Assembly: GCF_964194025.1 (NCBI RefSeq)
Contig: NC_134470.1
Span: forward strand, 77,438,001-77,502,000
Source of the DNA: Convolutriloba macropyga
Taxonomy: Eukaryota
Length of the DNA: 64,000 bases
Direction of reading: 5' to 3'
Shown: positions 23,851-38,602 of the stretch, piece by piece
Numbering within the stretch: position 1 is the first letter of the stretch
Layout: each line of letters begins with the position of its first letter
Position numbers and translations under genes: made by a program
The notes under the pieces: model-generated
Databases searched by the model: none
What the model saw: only the letters and a program-made list of their open reading frames with translations
Told to the model about the DNA's origin: nothing

Positions 23851-26800
23851 TCGGTTCTCGGACGCCCTCTTCTTCGCAGCTTCACAAATGACCTGTACGA
23901 AGGACTGATGTTATCTGATACATATATATGCAGATAGTCGCAAAATACTTACAATTGGTCAAAAAGATTACTTATTTCAGCGTAATCTTAAAAGTTCAGA
24001 CAATTGAGTGAAAAAACTTAGTGTGGAACTTGCAGTGCGCACTTGGAAAATGCATACTCAGAGGTCATTTTCAGAGATGCATACTTATTGGGAAACCGGA
24101 GGTTAAAGACTGACGTTTTCGTCACCAAAATTTTCACAGGCTCTTCATGAGGAGCGTCTGAAAATAATGACTCCTATAGTCTCGACTAAATTGTCCCCAA
24201 GAAAACTTATCATTAAACTTGAACTCAATAAATATTTTTTCCTTCTGCTAAACTTTACGCTCCTACTCTAAAAAGAAGATTCTGCGATTTACAAGAAGTA
24301 CAAGCCGTTCATAGAATCGTGTTGCGTTTTAAATTGAGTAACATAAGGCAAAAGAAGTGCTGAACAAATTCCTCTTCAAAATTATCAGAACCATGAACAG
24401 AATAGATATTTACTCTTTTTTGCATATTCAATTGAAGAAACGAAAGGATGTGGCTGGTAACGAAACAAAATGTCTCCTCGATGTCTGAAATGGTTATATT
24501 TACGAGTAACCGTAAACTAATATCCCTTCGGATTTGACTAATTTAGGAGGTCATGAGATCAATGAAGTCATAATGATTGTTAAAACATATATACGAGATG
24601 GTTAAATTAGAGAAGAACAAAGGAATAGCAATTACTTGCACCATTATTTGAGTTAAATTACATATCAAATAAAACAATTTACAGCCGTATGATAGAGTTT
24701 TATTGTCTCTTCTGGGATTATTAAAGATGCAGTCGAATTTTTTTCAAACTTTTAATAAAATATTTGTGTTTTTTTTGTCATTTTTTTTACTTTTCCGAAC
24801 TTTTTTGATGTGCAAATTTTTTTCTTCTTTCGATCCGAAGTTTTTGATAAGCAACAGGCTTCCGTCGGACCTAGATTTTAACGTCAATTCCTGTCCTCAC
24901 AATGCCTCGTTGGATTTTCATCTCGACAATTTTCCTGCTGTTTAGAGTTCCAATTTTTAGGAGTTTATCACTGTTGGTCAATTAAACTCAAGATCAAAGA
25001 TTTCGTGGACCCCTGTGATACCTGTTTATTCATTAATAACTGTTCATTTCACTTAGTGCAGTAAAATTGGATACGATGTCATAATTTAGTTCATATTTCA
25101 TTTTGACCTTCATCCTCACCTCACGTTTCCCAATTTACCTCTTGTCAATATTTCACGTTTCCCGCTTGAAGTTACTTTGATTTAGTTGATTGTTATTTCC
25201 CACCATGTGATCAGACATGTCTGTTCACCTGATTTTGTTTGTTGACAAAATTATTCCTCTTAAATGTCAATTCAATATCAGTTGCTTCAATCTTTTGTGT
25301 CCGCTCCGCAAGATCAAGTTTAGAATTCAGTAAGCATTTTGCCTTGCAAAAACCAACTACAATTGAAAGTGTGTCTTCGCATGGCGAAGCCGACGGTATT
25401 TTAATAAACTACATGGCGCAGTCAGCAAACAAACAAACTCCCCTAAGAATTGACGCCGATGGGAAAAGTGGAGGGAAGAGTATAAATTATCCTTGCTCTC
25501 CGAGGAAAACATCATTCTAAACAAACTTCTCGGCCCGAAACCTGATATGGCCCAACTTCTCCATATATTTTTGGCTCAAATAGTTAATAGAATATTTTGG
25601 TCATACTAAAATCAGCGTCGTATTAAATGTTTTTTTTTCTCGCTGGCTATACTGTCTGAGGTACGAAAAAAGTGGTCAATTTTCCGTTCAATCCCAATCG
25701 CCTGTTCGTTCACGCTTATTTACCGCATTGATTTGCAATTTAAACAGAAGAACGTTGAGACTCAAATTCAATTGCTCTGTTGAACAAGTCGTCAATTAAT
25801 AATGTGCTGAACCATTCAAGTTTGCCAAAAACAAAAAATTGAATAAAAAATATTAAGATTTTTGCTGGGAGTTATGTTCCAACTGAGTTGATTTTTTAAG
25901 ATATGTTTAACATGACCCGGAAAACTGACATTGCTCTTAATTGATACTGCTAAAAATCAAGTTTTCGGTTTGCGGGTTGAGAAAGCTGTTGTGATTAGGC
26001 AACTGTTCACTTGGCTTCGAGCTAGATTTATCCCGTTTTGAAAAAAAAACAACTCGGGCACATCGGAAACTCAGGACAAAAACAAGTTCAAGTGATCCAT
26101 TTGTTCTGTGATTAGATAGGTATATTGGGATTGAACGGAACCAGGGAGAATCATGCTGTGAAAATTATTTATCTTCCTCACAGCATACAAAATCATCAAT
26201 TTCAGTCTCAGCGATGTTATTTTGTCTTAAGTTCTACTTGATAAATTTTTAGAATTTGCAAGAAATTAATCATTTTCAGCAAGACATCTATACAATTCCT
26301 TGTTTTTGGTGAAATTTATTGAGAAATGTGTCTATAACCCAATTTATTGGCTCCTCAAAAAATATCTGAGAACCGAACAGCAGTTTTGAGATATTTTGAT
26401 TGTTTGCGACTACTGAACTCTCTTTCACAAAAAATATGTACGGCTTAGAACTTCTGTTGGCTACCGTGATGGTTGTCACCAGTGTGGGACATTATGATCT
26501 TTAAGCCGCACAAATGAGCAAGTAGAATACTATAGGGATCGGCTCTCGGACGCCCTCTGCTTTGCTTCTTCATAAAAAACCTGTATGAAGTACTAATGTT
26601 CTCTGATACATATATATGCAGATGATCTCGAAATACAGTCAATTGGTCAAAAACAAATCGAAAAGTCAGCATAATCTTAATAATTCAAAGAGCTGTGTGA
26701 CAAATTTTCAGTTGGGACTTGCATTGCGTTTTTGGAAAGTTGCACACAGGTCATCTTCAGAGGTAAACACTCATTGAGGAACTTTGGTCGCAAGTTAAGA

Positions 26801-28593
26801 TTCCGCTCTAGTCAAAAAACATTTTTCACAGGCTCACAAGACCCTGAGGAGCGTCTGAAAAAATATGTCACCTATAGTGTCGAACAATTTTTCCCCCAAT
26901 TTGAAAAGCTTTTATTACATTTGGTCTATATAAATTATTTCTTTTCTGCTAAATTTTACGCTATTACCCTAAAAAGAAGAATCTGCGGTTACAATACCAG
27001 AAATACAATCTGCGTATAGAATCGTGCTTCGCATTGAAGCCACCAATTTAAGGCAAAATAAGTGCTAAACGATATCCTTTTCAAAATTAGCAATGCATTG
27101 AACCGAATAGGGAAGCACTCCATTTTTGATTATTCAATTGGGTTAAATTTCTTCATTACTAAAAATTGATATGGATAAATTTTAACGATCACAATAACAA
27201 AACATCTGTATATGGCAACACATGGAGAAAATTGGGCAAAAAGAGTTGTCAGTGTACTTTAACAATTAATGGGTTCAGTAGACAGTAATGGGAGCGGCGG
27301 AAACACAACAACAACAACTTCAGATGTAGAAATGACTAAAAAGACTTTAGGCATTTGAATATCACGTTCAAGCAGACGAATTAGACACTTTGAATTAAGC
27401 TAGGGTGTACAGTATAAAAATAAATCAAAATATTTTTGTGTTATGAGTCGATTTCAACTTCTTTGGTATGTTTATACAATGATGAAACCAGTCGAACCAG
27501 TCAAAAGTAACGGCAAAAAAAACATTCAGAATCTTGAGTATAGTCAAAATTTTGATTTCTTTTCCTGTATTGTTAATATTTTATTTAACACCTACCAGGT
27601 TACTAGTTTTGAAATCTCTCAGTTGATTTGGTAGTGAATTCCATCTTTTTTGATTTGATATGGAAAAAATATCCATAAACTGTTCTGTGGTCATTGAAAA
27701 AAAATTTTGGCTCAATTAGTTAATAGAAAATTTTGCTTGCTCGTGGTAAAATCGGCGTTGTATTAAATGTGTTTTTTCTTGCTGTCTAAAATGTCTGAGG
27801 TACGAAAGAAGTGGTCATTTTTCCGTTCAATCTTAATCACTTGTTCATTTAAGCTTTTTTTGTCGCAACTATTTGCAATTTAAACAGAAGAATGTTAAGA
27901 CTCAATTTCAATTGCTCTATTGAACAAGTCGTCAATTAATAATGTGCTGAACCATTCAAATTTGCCAAAACAATAAACTGAATTAAAATATTATGACTTT
28001 TGCTGGGAGTTAAGTTTCAATTTAGTTGATATTTTTAGATACGTTTAACATGACTCGGAAAACTGCCTTCGCTATTAATTGATACTGCTAAATATCAAGG
28101 ACTGGCAAGTGAAGTACTATAGAGATCGGTTCACGTACACCCTCTGCTTCGCAGCTTCATACATGACCTGTACGACGGACTGGTGTTATCTGATACTTAT
28201 ATATGCAGATAGTCCCACAATACTTACAATTGGTCAAAAAGATTACTTATTTCAGCGTAATCTTAAAAGTTCAGAGCATTGAGTGAAAAAACTTAGTGTG
28301 GAACTTGCGGTGCGCACTTGGAAAATGCATACTCAGAGGTCATTTTCAGAGATGCATACTTTGGGAAACTTTAGTTGGAAGATAGGACCGGAGGTTAAAG
28401 ACTTTGACGTTTTCGTCACCAAAATTTTCACTGGCTCTTCATGAGGTCTAAAAATAATGTCTCCCATAGTCTTGACTAAATTGTCCCCAAAGAAAACATT
28501 TCATTAAACTTGAACTCAATAAATTATTTTTCGTTCTGCTCCTAATCTAAAAAGAAGATTCTGCTATTACAATACAAGAAGTACAAACCGTTT

Positions 28594-29197
28594 ATTGCTA
28601 TTCCTTTGTTCTTCTCTAATTCAACTACATAGTATGTATGTTATAACAGTCATTATAACCCTAAATCTCATGACCTCTTTAATTAATCAAATCCGAAGGT
28701 ATGTTTGTTTAAGTTTACTCGTAAATATAAACTTTTCAGACACCGAGGAGATATTTTGTTTCGTTACCAGCCACATCTTTTCGTTTTTTCATTTGAATAT
28801 GCAGAAAGGAAGTAAATCTCTATTCTGTTCATTGTTCTGATAATTTTGGAGAGGAATTTGTTGAGCACTTCTTTTGCCTTACGTTACTCAATTTAAAACG
28901 TAAGATAAAAGAAGTGCTAAACAAATTCCTCTTCAAAATTATCAGAACAATGAACAGAATAGAGATTTACTTCCTTTTTGCATATTAAATTAAAGAAACG
29001 AAAGGATGTGGCTGGTAACGAAACAAAACGTCTCCTCGGTGTCTGAAATGTTTATATTTACGAGTAACCGTAAACAAACATACCTTCGGATTTGATTAAT
29101 GGATTTGATTTGAGGTCATGAGATTTAAGGAGTTATAATGACTGTTAAAACATACATACTATATAGTTGAATTAGAGAAGAACAAAGGAATAGCAAT
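28594..29197. repeat. ~600-bp imperfect palindrome (two ~300-bp arms, ~11-nt spacer near 28885)
   Basis: ATTGCTATTCCTTTGTTCTTCTCTAATTCAACTA... is the reverse complement of ...TAGTTGAATTAGAGAAGAACAAAGGAATAGCAAT, and pairing continues to the centre. Confidence 0.9.
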
Positions 29198-32100
29198 TAA
29201 TTGCATCATTATTTGAGGCCTATTTGAATGAAGTTACTTATCAAATAAAACAATTTACAGTCATATGATAAAGTTTTATTGTCTCTTCTGGGATTATTAA
29301 AGATGCAGGCGAATTTTATTCAAACTTTTAATAAAATATTTGTGTTTTTTTGTCATTGTTTTTACTTTTCCAAAAATTTTTGGCGTACAAATTTTTTCTT
29401 CTTTTGATCCGAATTTTTTGATAAGCAACAAGCTTCCGCCGGACCTAGATTTTAACGTCAATTCCGGTCCTCACAATGCCTCGTTGGATTTTAATCTTGG
29501 CAATTTTCCTGTTTTTAGAGCTCCAATTTTTAGGAGTTTATCACTGTTCGTCAGTTAAACTCAAGATCAAAAACTTCGTGGACCCCTGTGATACCTGTTT
29601 ATTCATTAATAACTGTTCATTTCACTTAGTGCAGTAAAATTGGATACGATGTCATAATTTAGTTCATATTTCATTTTTACTTTCATCCTCACCTCACGTT
29701 TCCCAATTTACCTCTTGTCAATATTTCACGTTTCCCGCTTGAAGTTACTTTGATTTAGTTGATTGTTATTTCCCACCATGTGATCAGACATGTCTGTTCA
29801 CCTGATTTTGTTTGTTGACAAAATTATTCCTCTTAAATGTCAATTCAATATCAGTTGCTTCAATCTTTTGTGTCCGCTCCGCAAGATCAAGTTTAGAATT
29901 CAGTAAGCATTTTGCCTTGCAAAAACCAACTATAATTGAAAGTGTGTCTTCGCATGGCGAAGCCGACGGTATTTTAATAAACTACATGGCGCAGTCAGCA
30001 AACAAACAAGCTCCCCTAAGAATTGACGCCGATGGGAAAAGTGGAGGGAAGAATATAAATTATCCTTGCTCTCCGAGGAAAACATCATTCTAAACAAACT
30101 TCTCGGCCCGAAACCTGATATGGCCCAACTTCTCCATATATTTTTGGCTCAAATAGTTAATAGAATATTTTGGTCATACTAAAATCAGCGTCGTATTAAA
30201 TGTTTTCTTTCTCGCTGGCTATACTGTCTGAGGTACGAAAAAAGTGGTCATTTTTCCGTTCAATCTTAATCACTTGTTCATTTAAGCGTTTTGTCGCAAC
30301 TATTTGCAATTTAAACAGAAGAATGTTAAGACTCAATTTCAATTGCTCTATTGAACAAGTCATTCATTATTAATGTGCTGAATTATTCAAATTTGCCAAA
30401 ACAATAAACTGAATTAAAAATATTATGATTTTTGCTGGGAGTTAAGTTTCAATTTAGTCGATATTTTTAGATACGTTTAACATGACTCGGAAAACTGACT
30501 TCGCTATTAATTGAAACTGCTAAAAATCAAGTTTTCAGTTTGCGGGTTGAGAAAGTTGTTGTGATTAGGCAACTGTTCACGAGGCTTCGAGGTAGATTTA
30601 TCCCGTTTTGAAAAAAAAACTCAGGACTCGGGCACAAAAACAAGTTCAAGTGATCCATTTGTTCTGTGATGAGATAGGTATATTGGGAATGAACGGAACC
30701 AGGGAGAATCATGCTGTAAAAATATTTATCTTCCTTACAGCATACAAAATCATCAATTTCTGTCTCATGAGCGATGTTATTTCGTCCTAAGTTCTACTTG
30801 ATCGATTTTTACAATTTGCATGAAATTAATCATATTTAGCAAGACACCTATACAGTTCCTTGTTTTTGGGGAAAATTATTGAGAAATGTGTCTATAACCC
30901 AATTTATCGGTTCCTCAAAAAATATCTGAGAACAAAACAGCACTGTTTGAGATATTTCGATTGTTTGCAACGACTGAACTCTCTTTCACACAAAATATGT
31001 ACGGCTTAGAACCTCTGTTGGCTACCGTGATGGTTGTCACCAGTGTGGGACATTATGATCTTTAAGCCGCACAAATGAGCAAGTAGAATACTATAGGGAT
31101 CGGCTCTCGGACGCCCTCTGCTTTGCTTCTTCATAAAAAACCTGTATGAAGTACTAATGTTCTCTGATACAAATTTATGCAGATGATCTCGAAATACAGT
31201 CAATTGGTCAAAAACAAATCGAAAAGTCAGCATAATCTTAATAATTCAAAGAGCTGAGTGACAAATTTTGCAGTTGGGACTTGCAATGCGTTTTTGGAAA
31301 ATTGCACACAGGTCATCTTCAGAGGTAAATACTCATTGAGCAACTTTGGTCGCAAGTTAAGTTTCCGTTGTCGTCAAAAAACGTTTTTCACAGGCTCACA
31401 AGACCCCGAGGAGCGTCTGAAAAAATATGTCACCTATAGTGTCGAACAATTTTTCCCCCAATTTGAAAACCTTTATTACGTTTGGTCTATATAAATTATT
31501 TCTATTTTGCTAAATTTTACGCTATTACACTTAAAAGAGTAATTTGCGATTACAACAACGAAATACAATCTGCGTATAGAATCGTGCTTTGCATTGAAGC
31601 CACCAATTTAAGGCAAAATAAGTGCTAAACGATATCCACTTCAAAATTAGCAATGCATTGAGCCGAATATGGAAGCACTCCATTTTCGCCTATTCATTTG
31701 GGTTAAGTTCTTGGTTACTAAAAATTGATATGGATAAATTTTAACGATCACAATAACAAAACATCTGTAAATGGCAACACATGGAGAAAATTGGGCAAAT
31801 AGAGTTGGCAGTGTACTTTAAGAAGTAATGGGTTCAGAAGGCAGTAATGGGAGCTGTGGAAACACAACAACAACAACAATAACAACTTCAGATGTAGAAT
31901 TGACCAAAAAGATTTTAGGCGTTTGAGTACCACGTTCAAGCAGACGAATAAGACACTTTGAATTAAGCTAGGGTGTACAGTATAAAAATAGATCAAAATA
32001 TTTTTGTGTTATGAATGGATTTCAACTTCTTTGGTATGTTCATACAATGATGAAACCAGTCAAAACAGTCAATAGTAACGGCAAAAAACATTCAGAATCC

Positions 32101-35100
32101 TGAATATAGTCAAAATTTTGATTTCTTTTCGTGCATTATTAATATTTTATTTCACCTACCCGGTTACTAGTTTTGAAATCTCTAAGTTGTAGTAGTGAAT
32201 TCCATTTTTTTATGTGATATGGAAAAAAAGTCCATAAACTGTTCTGTGGTCATTGAAAATAATTTTTGTCTCAATTAGTTAATAGAAAATTTTGCTTGCT
32301 CGTGGTAAAATCGGCGTTGTATTAAATGTGTTTTTTCTTGCTGTCTAAAAGGTCTGAAGTACGAAAGAAGTGGTCATTTTTCCGTTCAATCCTAATCACT
32401 TGTTCATTTAAGCTTTTTGTCGCAATTATTTGCAATTTAAACAGAAGAATGTTAAGACTCAAATTCAATTGCTCTATTGAACAAGTCAAGTCATTCATTA
32501 TTAATGTGCTGAATCATTCAAATTTGCCAAAACAATTAACTGAATTAAAAATATTATGATTTTTGATGGGAGTTAAGTTTCAATTTAGTCCATATTTTTA
32601 GATACATTTAATATGACTCGGAAAACTGTTTTTGCTATTAATTGATACTGCTAAATATCAGGTTTTGAGTTTAGGGGTTTAGAAAATTGTTAAGATTAGG
32701 CAACTGTTTACGAGGCTTTGAGCTAGATTTATCCCGTTTTGAAAAAAAAACAACACGGGCACATCGGACACTAAGGACAAAGGAGGTTTATTGCGATTGA
32801 ACGGAACCGGGGAGAATAATGCTGTAAAACTATTTATCTTCATTACAGCATACGAAATTAGCAATTTCTGTCTCATGAGCAATTTATTTTTGTATTTGAA
32901 TGAAATTAATCAGATTTAGCAAGACATCTATACATTTCGCTGTTTTGGGTGGAAAATCTTGAAATGTAGGAACTTGAGAAAAGTATCTATAACCCAATTT
33001 TTTGGCACCTCAAAACGTTTCTGAGAACAAAACATTACTTATTCGAGAAATTTTGATTTGTAGATACAAGTGCTCTGTCTTTCACGCGAAAATTGTCCGG
33101 CCTAGAATTAATTTTGGCTACCATCATGGATGTTACCAATATGGGACACTATGATCCTAAAATCGCAGAAATGGGCAAGTAGAACACTTTAGGGATTAGT
33201 TATCGGACGCCCTCTGCTTTCCATCTTCATAATTAACCTGTTTGAATTACTGATTTCCTCTGATACATATACATGAAGATTGTCTCCAAATGCTTTCAAG
33301 TGGTGGGAAAAATTACGAAAACTCTGCATAATCTTTATAATTTAGAGTGCTGAGTTAAAAAATTGGAACTTGCAGGTCGCACTTGGAAAATGCGCACAGA
33401 TCATCTTCAGAGATACATAATATTTGAGCAAATTTAGTCGCAAAATGGGATAGAAGACGTTTCTGTTCTCAGCAAAAATGATTTTTCAGGCTCACTTCGT
33501 TTTTGCATATTCAATTGGGTTAAATTCTTAATTACTAAAAATTGATATGGATAAAAGTTAACGATCACAATAAAAAAATGTCTGTAAATGGTAAGATGTG
33601 GGGAAAATCCGGCCGAAAGAGTAGGCGATGCACTTTAAAAAGTAATGCAATTGGGAGCTAGTAATGGAAACTGCGAAAGCACAACAACAACAACAACAAT
33701 AACAACTTCAGATGTAAAAAGCACTAACAAGATTGTATGCGTTTCAATCTTACGTTCAAGCAGACGAAGAAGACTTTTTAAATAAGGCTCAGGTGTGCAG
33801 ATTAAAACTAAATCACAACAAATTGGTGTTATATCGAATTCAGCTTCTTTGCTGTGTTTTTACAAGATGAAACCTGGCGAACCAATTGAAACTCACAGCA
33901 CAAAAACAATCAGAATCTCTTAGAAAAGTCATAAGTTTGATTTCGTTTAGTGCTTTTTTAACATTTTTATTATCACCCACGCTGTTACCAAATTTGAAAT
34001 CTGTTAGCTGATTTGGTAATGAATTCCATTTTTTTTGATGCAGCATGGAAAAAAGTTGTCAATATAAAAATTGTTCTGTGGTCATTGAAAAAAAAAATTT
34101 GCTCAATTAGTTAATAGAATATTTTGCTCATGGCAAAATCAGCGTCGTATTAAATGTGTTTTTTCTCGCTGGCTATACTGTCTGAGGTAGGAAAAAGGTG
34201 GTCAATTTTCCATTCAATCTTAATCAACTGTTATTTTACGCTTTTTTGCAGCGATTTTTTTGCAATTTAAACAGAAAAACAATTTTAAGACTCGAGTTCA
34301 ATTGCTCTGTTAAACAAGTCATTAATTTTAAATGTGATGAACCATTCAAGTTCTCCAACACAATTAATTGAAATAAAAAAATTGAGATTTTTTCTGGGAG
34401 TTAAGTTCCAATTGAGTCGTTATGTTAAGCATACAATATTAACAATTTCTGAGCAACATATTTTTGTCGGAAGTTCTACTTGACCAGTTTTTAGAGTTTG
34501 AACGAATTTAATCAAATTTAGCAAGACACATATGCAATTCATTGTTTTAGATCAAAACTCTTGAAATGTAGGAATTTGTGAAAAGTCTCTACAACCCAAT
34601 TTCTTGTCCCCTCAAAAAGTTTCTGAGAAGAAAACAGCACTTATTTGAGAAATTTTGATGGTGGGACACAACTGAGCTCTCTTTCAAGCAAAATATGTAC
34701 GGCACAGAAGTACTTTTGGCTACTATGATGGCTGTCATCAGTGTCAGACACTATGATTTTGAAATCGCACAAATTGGCAAATAGAATACTATAGGAGTTG
34801 GTTCTCGGACGCCCTCTGCTTTGCATCATCATAATTAACCTGTTTGAAGTACTGATTTCCTCTGATACATATATATGCAATGTCTCAAAAATGCTCACAA
34901 TTAATGGGAAAAATAACAAAATCTGCATAATCTATACAAGTTAGAGTGCTCAGTTAAAAAATTGGGACTTGCAATGTGCACTTGGAAAATGCGCACAAGG
35001 TCATCTTCAGAGATACATACTAATTGAGCAACTTTAGTCGCAAAAGGAGATGGAAAACGTTTCCGTTCTAAGCAAAAAAGTTGGTTCTAGGTTCAGAACA

Positions 35101-36349
35101 GCTTGAGGAGCGTCTGAAAACAAAGTCTCCTATAGTGTCGAACAAATTTTCTCCAAAAATGCAAAACCTTCATTACAATTTTTCTCTATAAATTTTCTGC
35201 CTTTCTGCTGTACTTTACGCTACTACCTTAGAAAAAATCTACGATTTTATTACCAGAATTACAATCGCGCCATGCTTTGAAACCATCAATTTAAAGCAAA
35301 ACAAGTGCTATAATATTTCCTCTTCAAAATTAGCAAAACGTTGAACAGAATAGAGAAGCACTCCAATTTTGCATATTCAGTTGGGTTAAATTCTTTATTA
35401 CTAAAAATTGCAATGGCTAAATGTTTACGATCACAATAAAAAACGTCTGTACAGGGCAAGACAAGGGAAAAATTGGGCCGAAAGATTTTGTGATGTACCT
35501 TAAAAGGTAATGCGATCGGGAGCTAGTAATGAAAGCTGCGAAAACACAATAACAACAAAAATAACTTCAGATGTAGAAGGAACTAACAAGATTTTATGCG
35601 TTTGAATTTTATGTTCAAGCAGACGAAAAAAACTTTCTAAATGCGGCTAAAATGAACAGATTAATAACAAATACAACAATTGGTTGTATAGATTGATTTC
35701 AGCTTCTTTGGCGTGTTTTTTCAAAGATGAAATCTGTCGAAACAATCGAAACTCACGGCACAAAAACAATCAGAATCTATTACAATAGTCATAATCTTGA
35801 TTTTGGTTAAAGTTTTATTAAAAAATTTTTTTAATACTCACCGTGGTACCAGTTGCGAAATCTCTAAGCTGATTTGGTAGTGAATTCCATAATTTTTGAT
35901 GTGGCATGAAAAAAAAATTTCAATATAAAAATTGTTCTGTGGTAATAGAAAAAAATTTTTGGGTTATTTACTTGATAGAATATTTTGCTCATGGTCAGAT
36001 CAGCGTCGTATTAAGTGTGTTTCTTCTCGCTGGCTATATTTTCTGAGGCACAAAAGAAGTGGTCACTTTTCCGTTCACCTGTTCATTTACGCTTATTTGC
36101 TGCGATTATTTGCAATTTAAAACAGAAGACGAAAGTTAAGACTCAAGTTCAATTGCTCTGTTGAAAAAGTCATTAACTGTTAATGAGCTGATTTATTCAA
36201 GTTTGCCAAAATTATTGATTGAACAAAAAAAATTAAGATTTTTGATTGGAATTGATTTCCAATTGAGTAGAAATTGGAAGGTATGTTTAAATTAACTCGG
36301 AAAACTGACAATGTTAAAAATTGATACTACTAAAAATTAACATTTCATA

Positions 36350-37563
36350 GACTTTTTGGTTACGTAGATATCTTCTATTATTGTGTCATGGGACTTGTTT
36401 TCTGATCATTTGGTGAAAAACAAGGAATCTTTTAGGAAAAGTGCACATTTATTGATGTTCTTTAAAGGAGTTTCCCAACTTTTCTATGTTTGAATCCAGT
36501 GATTTCATTTGTGCATTGTAATTAAATATAATTTTGAAGCTTGAAGCTTTCAAGACTTTTTGGTTACGTAGATATCTTCTATTATTGTGTCATGGGACTT
36601 GTTTTCTGATCATTTGGTGAAAAACAAGGAATCTTTTAGGAAAAGTGCACATCTAATTGATGTTCTTTAAAGTAGTTTCCCATCTTTTCTATGTTTGACT
36701 CCAGTGAGTTCATATGATGTTATTAAAACTAATTGTGAAGCTTGAAGCTTTGAAGACTTTTTGGTTACGTAGATATCTTCTAATATCGTTTCATGTGACT
36801 TGTTTTCTGATCATTTGGTGAAAAACACCTAATCTATTTTGAAAAAATGCACATTTAAATGATGTTCTTTAAAGGAGTTTCCCAACTTTTCTATGTTTGA
36901 ATCCAGTCATTTCATTTGTGCATTGTTATTAAAGATAATTTTGAAGCTTGAAGCTTTCAAGACTTTTTGGTTACGTAGATATCTTCTAATATTTTTTCAT
37001 GTGACTTGTTTTCTGATCATTTGGTGAAAAACACCTAATCTATTTTGAAAAAATGCACGTTTAGTTGATGTTCTTTAAAGGAGTTTCCCAACTTTTCTAC
37101 GTTTGACTCCAGTGATTTCATTTGTGCATTATTATTAAAACTAATTTTGAAGCTTGAAGCTTTCAAGACTTTTTGGTTACGTAGATATCTTCTAATATCG
37201 TTTCATGTGACTTGTTTTCTGATCATTTGGTGAAAAACACGGAATCTATTTTGAAAAAATGCACATTTAGTTGATGTTCTTTAAAGGAGTTTCCCAACTT
37301 TTCTATGTTTGACTCCAGTGAGTTCATTTGATGTTATTAAAACTAATTTTGAAGCTTGAAGCTTTCAAGACTTTTTGGTTACGTGGATATCTTCTAATAG
37401 CGTTTCATGTGACTTGTTTTCTGATCATTTGGTGAAAACACGGAATCTATTTTGAAAAAATGCACTTTTAATTGATGTTCTTTAAAGTAGTCTCCCAAAT
37501 TTTCTATGTTTGACTCCAGTGATTTCATTTGTGCATTGTTGTTGAAAATAATTTTGAAGCTTG
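36350..37563. repeat. ~205-bp tandem repeat, 6 copies
   Basis: GAAGCTTG anchor at ~36536, 36737, 36943, 37149, 37351 and 37556. Confidence 0.95.
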
Positions 37564-38602
37564 TATAATAAGATATGAAAAGGAATGGAAACAACGGCTT
37601 TGGAGAAATTCAAATGTGTTGCTTCGACAATACGGTTTCAGCGAACACTCCAACCAGCAGGTTTTATGGGAAAAAATGCATCCTTCTGGCAACGTTCCTA
37701 ACAAAACTACCGGAAAAACAACTGTTTAATGTCTCTAAATAAGTGATCACGAAAAAATGTGTAATGAAAAACTCTGCTGTCGGATTTCGGTAATTATGAT
37801 TTTTTATCCAAAAATTGAACGGCCGCTACAGCGGTGAAACTCGTTACCTTTGAAAAGCAGTCAAACTGTTTCTCTCTAATTGAATTTCTGAACCTCCTGA
37901 TTATTTTCTCTGTCAAAAGTATTGAAATAGCTGCTTTTTAAAATAAAATCCGAGTTCGTAAGCTTTTTGGTTTTCATCTATGTCCTATGTCCTTCTTGCT
38001 CTCGTTGTACTTTTGTTTTGTATTCCACGTCAAGTAATTCAGTTTTCATTTTTTGTTCGCTATTTAGAATAAAAATTTACCTGTAACATTGTTTCGGTTT
38101 GGTTTCAGAGATTTCTTTGTTATCTTTTCATCTTCAATAGAGGGAAAAAATTAGGCAATCACCTTTTCATTGTATCAGCGTTACATCATTATTAATAGCT
38201 ATGCGAAAATTTCGTACATATAAATTGACCAGAAATGGTCCATCACGGATCCATGGGGGCACACCTCTGACTATTCTTCATCCGGTTTGAAAAAATAGAG
38301 TTGAATTTTATATGATAAAGCATAACAGAGAAAAATTTTGATCAGATTCCAGGCATCGCTGCTAAATCCCATTGTCTGATTTTTCCAATAGAATATTATG
38401 AGATATGGCAACAAATGCTTTAGAGAGAGCTGTATGTGCGGTTTGGACAAAAATGTTTCCATCAATATTTTTTATGAGAAATAATTAGAGGCTTTTGTTG
38501 TTGCCTCTAATTAAGCTAATGAAGCTCCAGCCTTTTTCTAAGTGTCATAAGACTCAAAATAAAACTTAGAGTTTGCTGTCTGTTTCATTTCAATTAGGCT
38601 TG

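Larger units (their letters stand above)
22700..36349 (+). repeat. Tandem array of ~1.8-2.1-kb units derived from a decayed LINE reverse-transcriptase region, including a ~4.3-4.5-kb higher-order duplication (23083-28100 vs 28103-32660)
   Basis: Anchor ...CTCAA(A/T)TAGTTAATAGAA recurs near 25575, 27710, 30148, 32270, 34100 and 35960. Units contain GSxLG.LL..F.NDL-like codons and TATGCAGATGAT (YADD, 26615-26626). Track ORF pairs 25239/29812 and 26445/31006 are near-identical. Left boundary approximate. Confidence 0.75.

Noticed and set aside
25239-25520. Repeated 93-aa and 75-aa ORFs (29812, 26445, 31006) as a gene family
   Set aside because: They are antisense frames of decayed LINE sequence copied by the segmental duplication.
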